Origin: Candidatus Poribacteria bacterium
GTDB lineage: Bacteria; Poribacteria; WGA-4E; PCPOR2b
Direction: 5' to 3'
Assembly: GCA_965208325.1 (NCBI GenBank)
Contig: OZ242326.1
Coordinates: 4,448,001-4,512,000 of the forward strand
Length of the DNA: 64,000 nt
Part shown: positions 1 to 8,720 of the stretch, piece by piece
Numbering within the stretch: the first letter of the stretch is position 1
How the letters are laid out: every line of letters begins with the position of its first letter
Made by a program: the position numbers and the translations under genes
Notes under the pieces: model-generated
The model's database searches: none
What the model was told of the DNA's origin: nothing
What the model saw: only the letters and a program-made list of their open reading frames with translations

Positions 1-136
1 CGTATATTTGCCTTCAGGATTGAGTGTGGAAATGATAGTTGCTGCAGATAGCGGCGTTTGTTTCAGGTTTTGTGTAAGAGTGAGCGAAAACGCCGCGATT
101 CGGAGATTGCTTCTACGGAGGCGCTGCGAGTGAATT

Positions 137-973
137 TTATCGCTGCGGCGCCCAACCGCGCGGGTCGGATGCAGAAAATGGCCAGCCGGCTCCACCAACA
201 ACGTGAAATTCTTCCGACTTTCCGCAGAGCCAGTAAAACATTTCAGAAACCCGAAGAACAGACTGCCATTTACGGGCAGGACCACAAAAGTAATCGTTCG
301 TATATGAATAGTCAACGCGCGTGAATTCGAAGTCGTTGCCTATAATCCAGTCCCGTTTTGGAGGCACGGTGCGCCATGTGACCCATTTCAACACATTGCG
401 CGTGGATGAATCGACCTTTTCCGATTGCCGGTGCCAAATTGAATAGGCCGTGAAAAACACCGAGCCTGCGGGGCCAACAGTCGCCACTTGACCGGCGAGA
501 TGTCCAAAGTGCTCCAACTCCTCCCTAGGAATCGGCACGAGGTGGGAGCCCGGTAGAAACAGTGTGGGCCCCATTTCGTTGGTGTTTGCCTGCGGAATAT
601 AGAAAACCTGAAGCAGATTACAAGTTCGCTCAAACTTTGAACCGGCGTCCATGTGCCAATTTTTCGTTTTTTGCGGCCCGACTAGGCGGTGGTTTGCCAT
701 CCAATCCGGCAGTTGAAAACGCTCTCCGAGCAGCGATCTTGTGACACCGGAAACCTTTGGATTGAGAAGTACTTCTTCGACGAAACGCTCCTCTTCAAGC
801 AGCGTCTGGGAGTCGTTGCCTTCTTGATTGAGATACTCGGATACCCAATGATTCGTCCGGTCTGGAATTACCCCCTCAAGTACGAAAAGCCCTTTCTTGC
901 AAAAGTCGAGCACATCTTGATCGGTCATCGTTGGCTTTATATCGCCGGGTGCCCGCCGCAACTCATGTGACAT
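137..973 (-). CDS. Phytanoyl-CoA dioxygenase (PhyH) family Fe(II)/2-oxoglutarate dioxygenase
   Basis: WHMD (HxD) and distal WHR motifs, GPTxxxPGSH; start moved to ATG 973 behind GGGAG. Confidence 0.85.
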   Translation of the reverse strand: MSHELRRAPGDIKPTMTDQDVLDFCKKGLFVLEGVIPDRTNHWVSEYLNQEGNDSQTLLEEERFVEEVLLNPKVSGVTRSLLGERFQLPDWMANHRLVGPQKTKNWHMDAGSKFERTCNLLQVFYIPQANTNEMGPTLFLPGSHLVPIPREELEHFGHLAGQVATVGPAGSVFFTAYSIWHRQSEKVDSSTRNVLKWVTWRTVPPKRDWIIGNDFEFTRVDYSYTNDYFCGPARKWQSVLRVSEMFYWLCGKSEEFHVVGGAGWPFSASDPRGWAPQR

Positions 974-977
974 CTGC

Positions 978-1340
978 CTACTCCCATTTTTCGAGGATAA
1001 ATTCACAGACGATGTGCGTATCTTGGGTATGTCCGACCGGCAACTGAACCGGAAAGCGAATCACCCGCCAGCCGTCGCTGATTGCCTCCAACGCGGTCTT
1101 GTAGGGCCAGTCGGCCGGATCGAACGGGCCGTTGGAGACTACTCCGGATTCGACTAGCAGCATACCTATTACGTCGGCAGTGACGGCGGTGGTTGCCGTC
1201 TGCAAATAGAGCAGACTCTGGCGTTTGGTATGCTTTGCGGCGATGGCGTAGCCCAAATTACGGAGTCGGGTTTCCGTCAAATTACCACAATTGAGTTGCT
1301 GTATACATTCTTCTAGCAACTGCATGAGGTCGGCATCCAT
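978..1340 (-). CDS. Hypothetical protein (120 aa) directly upstream of PhyH gene
   Basis: ORF with GGAG RBS ending 4 nt before the PhyH start. Confidence 0.7.
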   Translation of the reverse strand: MDADLMQLLEECIQQLNCGNLTETRLRNLGYAIAAKHTKRQSLLYLQTATTAVTADVIGMLLVESGVVSNGPFDPADWPYKTALEAISDGWRVIRFPVQLPVGHTQDTHIVCEFILEKWE

Positions 1341-1477
1341 AGCGCTCCAACGACAATGTCGAACCCGGGTATCAAATCCTGCCTGGAAATTACCGTCTTG
1401 AGAATCGGAAAACCGAGGTTAGACCATCGTACCGTGTCCGATTTTGAAAATTGTTTGCCACCGCAACGGCGTCCGGT

Positions 1478-3364
1478 CTAATAATGGAAACGCTGCAACG
1501 GGAGCCCTTCCTCATACTGTTGACGCCGGGCTTGGGTCTCCGGATCGCCGCTAGATTCGGCTGCAGGGATATCCCACCACACGCCAGCATCCGGCAGGTA
1601 GCGGTGCGGCTCGACATCGACAACAATCACGCAGGTTCCACTTTCACCGCGGGCTTCACGCAACGCATGCCGAACACCCTCCGGCGTGGTCACATGCCAA
1701 GATTTAGCGCCGAAACTTTCCGCATTCTGGGCGAAGTCTATCTTCATATATGCGCCTTCAAGGCGGTTCCTCTCCATATCGCGAGAACGAAACTCGTTCC
1801 CGAAACTCCTACCAGCGCGGAGCATCTGAAGCGAACGAATGGATTGAAAGCCGTGATTCTCCGAGATGACGAGCGTGAGTTTCAGGTTTTCTTGCATTGC
1901 GGTCACCAACTCGGTTGGATTCATTAGGTAGGTACCGTCACCAATAAAGACATAGACCTCACCGTCCGGCTGCGTCATGCGAACCCCCAAACCCGCGGGA
2001 ATTTCATAGCTCATGCACGAAAAGCCGAATTCGAGATGACACGAACGGCCGCCGGTTGCATCCCACATTTTGAGAAGGTCTCCGGGCGGCGTCCCTGCCG
2101 CACCGATGATAGTATCACCGGGTTGCGCCGCGTCATTGAGCACACTGATAAGTTGTCCTTGGCTCATCGCCTCGCCGGGCGTCTCTTGGGCGACTTCGTT
2201 CTCCAACTGCTCTCGCCATTCGCGATTCAACGCTGCGATTTCTTTCACATACGCAGCGTTCGGTTGAACTCCAGCTGCGTCGGCAGCTTTGGTCAAAGCG
2301 ACAAGGGCTTCTCGGGCGTCCGCGGTGATTGGCACACCTCCTTGCTTGTAGGCATCGTGGTTGCCGACATTGATGTTGATGAATTTCACGTCCGGGTTGT
2401 TGAAGGCGGATTGCGAACCAGTGGTAAAGTCCATCATGCGTCCGCCAATGCTAATGACAAAATCCGCTTGGCTTGATATTTTGGCGGCGGCGGGTGTGCC
2501 GTTGACGCCCTGTCCACCTAAAAGCAGCGGCGACGCGTTGCGCATCGCGCCTTTACCGGCGGAAGTTTCGCTCACCGGAACCCCAAATTTATCTGAGAAG
2601 GACTGCAGTTCGTTCCAGGCTTCGGAGTAATGCACACCGCCGCCGGCGATAATCATGGGGCGATTAGACGCCTTCAGCAGTTCCACCGCTTCCGCAATGC
2701 GCTGTGAATCCGGAGGCCGCCGTTCAACTCGCCATTCGCGCCTTTCAAAAAAGTGGGCGGGATACTCGTAAGCGTGCGCCTGCACATCCTGTGGGAGCGA
2801 CAGGGTCACGGGACCTGTGTCGGCGGGATCGGTCAGCACACGCATGGCTTCGGGCAGCGCCGTAAGCAATTGCTCCGGCCGGGTGATTCGATCGAAAAAG
2901 CGGCTGACGGGGCGGAAGCAGTCGTTGACGCTCACATCCGCCGATACAGGGTGTTCAAGTTGCTGCAGCACTGGTCCCTGGTATCGTGTGGCGTAGTAGT
3001 CCGACGGCAATAACAAGACAGGGAGTCTGTTGGTAACGGCAGTTGCGGCGCCAGTCACCATATTCGTAGCCCCAGGTCCGATTGACGAGGTGCATGCGAG
3101 CGCCGCCAGCCGATTATTCGCTTTGGCATAGCCAAGCGCGGCGTGTACCATCGACTGCTCATTTCGAGGCTGCCGATATGGCAATTCTTGACCATATTCG
3201 AAGAGCGCTTGTCCGAGACCGGCGACATTCCCGTGCCCAAAAATGCCGAAGATTGACGGAATAAGCCGGCGCGTCTTTCCGTCTCGCTCACTGTATTGAA
3301 CTTGCAGGTATTTGACGAGCGCCTGCGCCATGGTTAATCGGATGGTTCCGGGTGATTGTGACAT
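1478..3364 (-). CDS. iolD: 3D-(3,5/4)-trihydroxycyclohexane-1,2-dione acylhydrolase (ThDP-dependent, myo-inositol catabolism)
   Basis: TIRLTMAQAL..GIFGHGNVAG N-terminus, LQQLEHP, HLEFGFSCM, GDG..N ThDP motif; AAGGAGG RBS. Confidence 0.92.
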   Translation of the reverse strand: MSQSPGTIRLTMAQALVKYLQVQYSERDGKTRRLIPSIFGIFGHGNVAGLGQALFEYGQELPYRQPRNEQSMVHAALGYAKANNRLAALACTSSIGPGATNMVTGAATAVTNRLPVLLLPSDYYATRYQGPVLQQLEHPVSADVSVNDCFRPVSRFFDRITRPEQLLTALPEAMRVLTDPADTGPVTLSLPQDVQAHAYEYPAHFFERREWRVERRPPDSQRIAEAVELLKASNRPMIIAGGGVHYSEAWNELQSFSDKFGVPVSETSAGKGAMRNASPLLLGGQGVNGTPAAAKISSQADFVISIGGRMMDFTTGSQSAFNNPDVKFININVGNHDAYKQGGVPITADAREALVALTKAADAAGVQPNAAYVKEIAALNREWREQLENEVAQETPGEAMSQGQLISVLNDAAQPGDTIIGAAGTPPGDLLKMWDATGGRSCHLEFGFSCMSYEIPAGLGVRMTQPDGEVYVFIGDGTYLMNPTELVTAMQENLKLTLVISENHGFQSIRSLQMLRAGRSFGNEFRSRDMERNRLEGAYMKIDFAQNAESFGAKSWHVTTPEGVRHALREARGESGTCVIVVDVEPHRYLPDAGVWWDIPAAESSGDPETQARRQQYEEGLPLQRFHY

Positions 3365-4127
3365 TTTCTAGTTGCCTCCTTTTGCTTTGCGTAGTTGGTA
3401 GATGGCTAGCTAACATCTATTTGGATTCATAAGGAATTGTGCAAATGATTGTGAGGAGTAACGCAATAGGATTTACCGCCCATTACGGAGATGCGGCGGA
3501 TTTTCAACCCTTGTGAAATATGAAATTGGCTAAATTTAGTTGCTGCCCAATCCTTTAAAATCGGTATTCCGAAAAATGATGGTTCGCATGTATTTATAAC
3601 ACAGAACCGAAAAATAAGCAATCCAAAACGGGAACGTTAAATTTTAGGAATCTTAGAAAATTTACAAGAAACCTGGCGGTACAGTGCCAGTCTTTATATT
3701 TGGAATCGCCACGTTAAGATCTCATTTGGACGATAAATCGGTTTCTCATTTTAACACACGATTATTTGGGCGGTCAAGCGGCAACCGCGGCGAGATTCTA
3801 ACGGAAAAATGGGATTGAAATTGGTGTTCTTTATTGCTAGAATAATTTCAATTGAACGTTTTAAACGACATTAGTATGTAGTGTTTTTACGGAGAACCCC
3901 GTTTCCTTAACGGTGGATTTAATGAAGCGGGACTTTTGTAGTAACCAACGCGGGGCAAGCGGAAAACTATCGCCTTCCCTATTCGGTCAGTTGATCCCCG
4001 CCTACGATGGGTGGAGGATTTCCCGCCTACAATGGGGGCATCGGCTGAACATGCGGGTCGACACCTAACGAATCGGGAAAATTCAATCTGAAGTGCTAAG
4101 CCCTAAAAATTATGAAGGATTAGAAGC

Positions 4128-5177
4128 GTGCCTATAAAGTCACATGAAGAATTGAGTGAAATCGGATCGCGGTTACTGAGGTCTGCAGGTGCGACCGACG
4201 ACGTTGCGGACAGAGTTGCGCGCCACCTTGTCGGATCCAACTTAGTGGGCCTGGATTCCCACGGAATCATCCGTCTAGCTGATTATGCCACCTGGTTACA
4301 GGAGGGGAAGATTGCCGGCGACAACCGTATTGAAGTCGTCAGGGACAAAGCCGCAACTTGTTTAATTGACGCCCACATGTCGTTCGGTCAGGTCGCGGCA
4401 TCGCAATCTGCGGACATCGCGGTACAAAAAGCACAGGTGTACGGAATCGGCTTGGTTTCGGTGAAGAATGCTTCCCACATCGGACGACTGGGAGAATATG
4501 TTGAGGATATAGCGTTGCAGGGATTTATCGGTTTTCTCTGTTGCAACGCGGAAGGAGCGGGTCAACTAGTCGCCCCGTGGGGCGGCAAGGACGCGCGAAT
4601 CGGTACGAATCCAATGGCGTGGGGGATTCCCAGCGGCAGGGCGTCAGGAGGCATGGTATTGGACATGGCTACCAGCATCGTTCCCGAAGGCAAGATTCGT
4701 GTCATGATGCGGAGGGAGGAGGAGATTCCGCATGGCTGGGTGCTTGATTCGCAAGGGCAATCGACGACGAACCCGGCAGACCTTTATGGGCCGCCAGTCG
4801 GTGCGATTCTTCCGTTCGGCGGACACAAGGGTTACGGATTAATGTTGGCGATAGAAGCACTTTCGGGTGTATTGAGCGGCGGCGGGCACGCTCGACCTGC
4901 AGTAGCGGATGCTTGGTTTACGCATGGCAGCACGTTTACAATGATGGCGATCGAAGTTGAATCTTTTCGTTCGCTAACCGAGTTTACGGACGACGTCGAT
5001 GAAATGATATACCACATGAAGAGTTCACCGTCGACCACGCCCGATGCTGAAGTGCTCGTTCCTTACGAGATAGAGTCCAGAGAGAAATCGGTAAGGTTAG
5101 CAAACGGGATAATGATAGAGGATTCCACTTGGGATAGGGTGGTTCAGATTGCTAGCGGGCTTGGGATTTCCATTTAA
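4128..5177 (+). CDS. Ldh_2 family (malate/L-lactate/ureidoglycolate-type) oxidoreductase
   Basis: GLDSHG, HIGRLG, GTNP, LDMATS, GGHKGYGL motifs. Confidence 0.9.
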   Translation: MPIKSHEELSEIGSRLLRSAGATDDVADRVARHLVGSNLVGLDSHGIIRLADYATWLQEGKIAGDNRIEVVRDKAATCLIDAHMSFGQVAASQSADIAVQKAQVYGIGLVSVKNASHIGRLGEYVEDIALQGFIGFLCCNAEGAGQLVAPWGGKDARIGTNPMAWGIPSGRASGGMVLDMATSIVPEGKIRVMMRREEEIPHGWVLDSQGQSTTNPADLYGPPVGAILPFGGHKGYGLMLAIEALSGVLSGGGHARPAVADAWFTHGSTFTMMAIEVESFRSLTEFTDDVDEMIYHMKSSPSTTPDAEVLVPYEIESREKSVRLANGIMIEDSTWDRVVQIASGLGISI

Positions 5178-5188
5178 TATCGACTCTA

Positions 5189-5431
5189 CTAGGGCGTGTT
5201 GACATTTGTGTAAATCCCTCCGTAACCGTAGGGGATCAACCGAGTGAATAGCGAGGGCGATAGTGTTTATCAGGTCACCCCGCCCACAAATCAACCGCTG
5301 GGCGGGAAACTCCTAACCATACAGAAATGATTGAGAAAAGAGGGTTGGGTAACCCAACCCCTACGAATCGTATCGGGGTGTGCACTGCCCCCATGATTGT
5401 TCAGTTGTGATGAAATGTCAACAAAACCTAA
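5189..5431. mobile_element. MITE-like element family A, copy 1
   Basis: Ends CTAGGGCGTGTTGACATTT...AAATGTCAACAAAACCTAA; near-identical to 19745-19985; internal GTAG hairpins. Confidence 0.7.
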
Positions 5432-5442
5432 TACCATTTCTA

Positions 5443-6035
5443 TATATTGGCAGTGCATTAATTGCGTCAATCGAGTCTTTCCAAAGCGGGGCAAGATGCC
5501 CCGCCTACGGGTTCAGTATATTGTCAGTGCATTGATATCGTGAATCGAGTCTTTCCAAAGCGGGGCAAGATACCCCGCCTACGGGGTTCGGTATATTGTC
5601 AGTTCATTAATAGCATCAATCGAGTCTTTCCAAAGCGGGGCAAGATGCCCCGCCTACGGGGTTCGGTATATTGTCAGTTCATTAATAGCATCAATCGAGT
5701 CTTTCCAAAGCGGGGCAAGATGCCCCGCCTACGGGGTATGGTATATTGTCAGTTCATTAATAGCATCAATCGAGTCTTTCCAAAGCGGGGCAAGATGCCC
5801 CGCCTACGGGGTTCGGAATATTGTCAGTTCATTAATAGCATCAATCGAGTCTTTCCAAAGCGGGGCAAGATGCCCCGCCTACGGGGTTCGGTATATTGTC
5901 AGTTCATTAATAGCATCAATCGAGTCTTTCCAAAGCGGGGCAAGATGCCCCGCCTACGGGGTATGGTATATTGTCAGTGCAATAATAGCGTCAATCAAGT
6001 CTTTCCAAAGCGGGCAAGATGCCCTGCTTACGGGG
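5443..6035. repeat. Tandem array, 8 x 75 bp, each unit carrying hairpin GCGGGGCAAGATGCCCCGC-CTAC
   Basis: Hairpin starts at 5486, 5560, 5635, 5710, 5785, 5860, 5935, 6010. Confidence 0.97.
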
Positions 6036-6269
6036 TTTGGTGGAAAGTGGAACAGTTAGTATGCGTCGCGTCATAGTAGTATAATAGAAAACACGATATG
6101 CACTATTATTCAAGCGAAATGGTATTACTACTTTCCGGCGGCGAGGGTCCCATTGAAAAACAGACATGAGAACGCAGACGAAGAACAACGTATCCTTCCA
6201 GTGGACGGTTCTCGCCAATAGCCTATCCGCTAATCTCGTACGATCGCCGATTAGGTAATCAGCGATTGG

Positions 6270-7085
6270 CTAGCGCAGCAAAAATCCAGATTTTCGAATT
6301 TCCATCGGTTTTTTCCCCGCATGGTATTCGGATTTCTGTCCGCACAACCAATAGAACATCTCCGCGGCGTCGTTTATGGTTCGATGGTGTTCACGGTGAA
6401 ATTTTAGACCGGGCGGAGAGGACTTTGCATGACTCACCTCGAACTTCGGTTGCTGAATCCAGTCTCGCGTTGGCGGCACTGTCCTCGAATACTCATACTT
6501 CAGTAGGTTGCGAGTCCCGCTCGCAGTGGAGGCGGTGCGGCGGTGCCAAATGCCCCAAATTGTGATGAATATTGAGCCTGCAGGTGCGGCTGTGGACACT
6601 GCGCCACGGATTTTCTTGTAATGCTGCATATGGGCTTGAGAGCAAAAGAGGCAGTGGGATCCAGGCAACACTTCAGTTGGCCCCATCTCCAAGGGTGCGT
6701 CTTGGGGGTAGTAGAACACCTGAAGCATGTCGAACTCGGGACCGTATACGGCGGCACCATCGCCGCCGCTGTCGATATGCCAGCCGCCCACAGGTGCAGG
6801 ACATTCTACACGATGGTTGTTCATCCCGCCCGGCAGACGGAACTCCTTACCTAGAAGTGATCGAATCGCGCCAACTGCTTTTGGGCAACAAATAACATCC
6901 TCAAAAAACCATCTCTCTTGAAGAATTTCGCTCGGCGTATCCGAAGGATATTCGTCGAGAAACGCGAACGCCCGCCGATTCACACCGTCGGGGACAACAC
7001 CCTTCAGCAACAGGAAACCCTTTTTGCAGAAGTCTAGAACCTGCGTGTCGTTCAAGGTGGGTTCGCAGTCATAGGTGTTCTTCAT
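6270..7085 (-). CDS. PhyH family dioxygenase (paralogue of 137-973)
   Basis: PTLNDTQVLDFCKKG, WHID, LQVFY, MGPTEVLPGSH, WHR shared with first copy. Confidence 0.85.
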   Translation of the reverse strand: MKNTYDCEPTLNDTQVLDFCKKGFLLLKGVVPDGVNRRAFAFLDEYPSDTPSEILQERWFFEDVICCPKAVGAIRSLLGKEFRLPGGMNNHRVECPAPVGGWHIDSGGDGAAVYGPEFDMLQVFYYPQDAPLEMGPTEVLPGSHCLFCSQAHMQHYKKIRGAVSTAAPAGSIFITIWGIWHRRTASTASGTRNLLKYEYSRTVPPTRDWIQQPKFEVSHAKSSPPGLKFHREHHRTINDAAEMFYWLCGQKSEYHAGKKPMEIRKSGFLLR

Positions 7086-7771
7086 AGCGTTACGCTCAAA
7101 TGCTCGCCCATTGATCGCTATATCATGTGCACAAAAATATTTTTAGGCGTTTCAATCTGACCAAATCGATGAAGTTTTACACTTGACGCCTAATTCGCCG
7201 CTTACCAATGTAAAGTTGACCTTACTCGTAAAGTTATAAAGCAAAAACGCAGATTGTAAGTTTCCTACCGCCAATTCGATGTCACAAAATATCACACCAT
7301 GTCACATTTTGTGAGGTTGAATGTGACATGCGGTTTGACAGGTACAAAACCTGTGTTAGTCCGCTTGCCATGCGGTTTTTGCTAGTCATTTAGAATGTCG
7401 ATGGCTTACTTTAATGTCACACTATGTCACATTTTGTGATGTGATGCGCCACCCATGATTGAGCTGTGAATAGGTGGCTGAGGTCCGCTTACCATGCGGG
7501 TTTTGGGGGTAACGAGTTCTGCCGAAACTTGGTACGATGTCACAAAACCTCACAAAATATCACATATTTTGGCTTTTTGTCTAATTGGGTAAAGCACGTT
7601 ACATAATTTTTTTTTGCAAAAAAAAGGCGCACCATTTCCTTTGAAGTCGTCGGTCTCCCTCCAATAGAATATAGCACGCCGTGAAGTTGTATTATATCAA
7701 AACGGGTTAAGGTTGTCAAGGGAATTTTCGCTGCCGCGTACGCGGCTTCCCGCGCAATCTTCGCCGCAAGC

Positions 7772-7878
7772 TGTCTGAATCAGGATTTGCAGGATTAAAG
7801 GATTTACAGGAACGATGTTGTCTACTAGGAGTCGTAATTCTGAAAATTTTAGCGTCATGAGAATTCAGATTCAGATAA
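7772..7878. repeat. Imperfect inverted repeat with internal AGGATTTNC-type 9-mers
   Basis: TGTCTGAATCAGGATT ... AATTCAGATTCAGATA. Confidence 0.55.
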
Positions 7879-8269
7879 TTTACCTTCAGTTTAAAGCCCC
7901 AGGTCACTGCTAAACAAAGGATGCTAACGTGCAAAAGCCGCCTTCTTTTTTGGATTGTTTCAAAAAGGTGATGGGCGGATTGTGCAACTATCTCCTATGG
8001 CGCGCACGGTTGGTGCAAGATTCCCTAAAAAAGCCATGCAAACGCGTTGATTCTGTAACAATGAGAGGGCATTTTACCGCAGATGTAACAGAGGGTAGGT
8101 TTTGCGGCATTGGGTTGGGGATTTATTGTCGATGAAATACTGGTCATGAGGTTATCACCGTTGGCAACTACATGCTCAGCAGTTGCCGACAGATTGGCGT
8201 TTGATATAGCCATCGCAATCTGGGGAACCCCATGTTTATGGTCTATGCTGAAATTTTCCCATATTATTC

Positions 8270-8317
8270 TTGACAGGCCTAATCATGATGTGCTAATATA
8301 ATCGCATGTTGTGCTAA
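8270..8317 (+). promoter_or_regulatory. Putative promoter/operator of the BlaI-M56 operon
   Basis: TTGACA at 8270-8275, two GTGCTAA motifs, imperfect palindrome TGCTAATATAATCGCA. Confidence 0.4.
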
Positions 8318-8332
8318 AAAGGAGGTGATAAC

Positions 8333-8713
8333 GTGCAAGATTATCGAATCGTCAAACTCAGCCGGCGTGAACGGCAAATTATGAATATCATCTATCAACG
8401 GGGCCAGGCTTCGGTCGCTAATGTCCTGTCGGATCTTCCAGACCCGCCAACGTATTCCACAGTCCGCGCGCTGTTGCGAATCTTGGAAGAGAAAGGGCAT
8501 GTCAGGCACGAAAAAGATGGACCGCGCTACATCTATTATGCGACGCAACCGCGGCACCAGGCGGGTCACTTTGAGCTCAAGCAGATTGTTCAAACCTTCT
8601 TCGATAAATCCATCGAAAAAACGGTTGCCGCGTTGGTTGCCGATACTGATGTGTCGGATGAAGAACTCGATCGTTTAAGCCGTCTGATTGAGGAAACGAA
8701 AAGCGGAAATTAG
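8333..8713 (+). CDS. BlaI/MecI/CopY family transcriptional repressor
   Basis: LSRRERQIM, YSTVRALLRILEEKGHV, FF..S, EELDRL; AAGGAGG RBS. Confidence 0.93.
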   Translation: MQDYRIVKLSRRERQIMNIIYQRGQASVANVLSDLPDPPTYSTVRALLRILEEKGHVRHEKDGPRYIYYATQPRHQAGHFELKQIVQTFFDKSIEKTVAALVADTDVSDEELDRLSRLIEETKSGN

Positions 8714-8720
8714 GAGGGCA

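Noticed and set aside
5443..6035. CRISPR array
   Set aside because: Sequences between hairpins are near-identical rather than unique spacers; no cas genes nearby
5462..6076. 204 aa repeat protein
   Set aside because: Open frame follows from a unit length divisible by 3; no RBS; an indel in the last unit shifts the repeat frame
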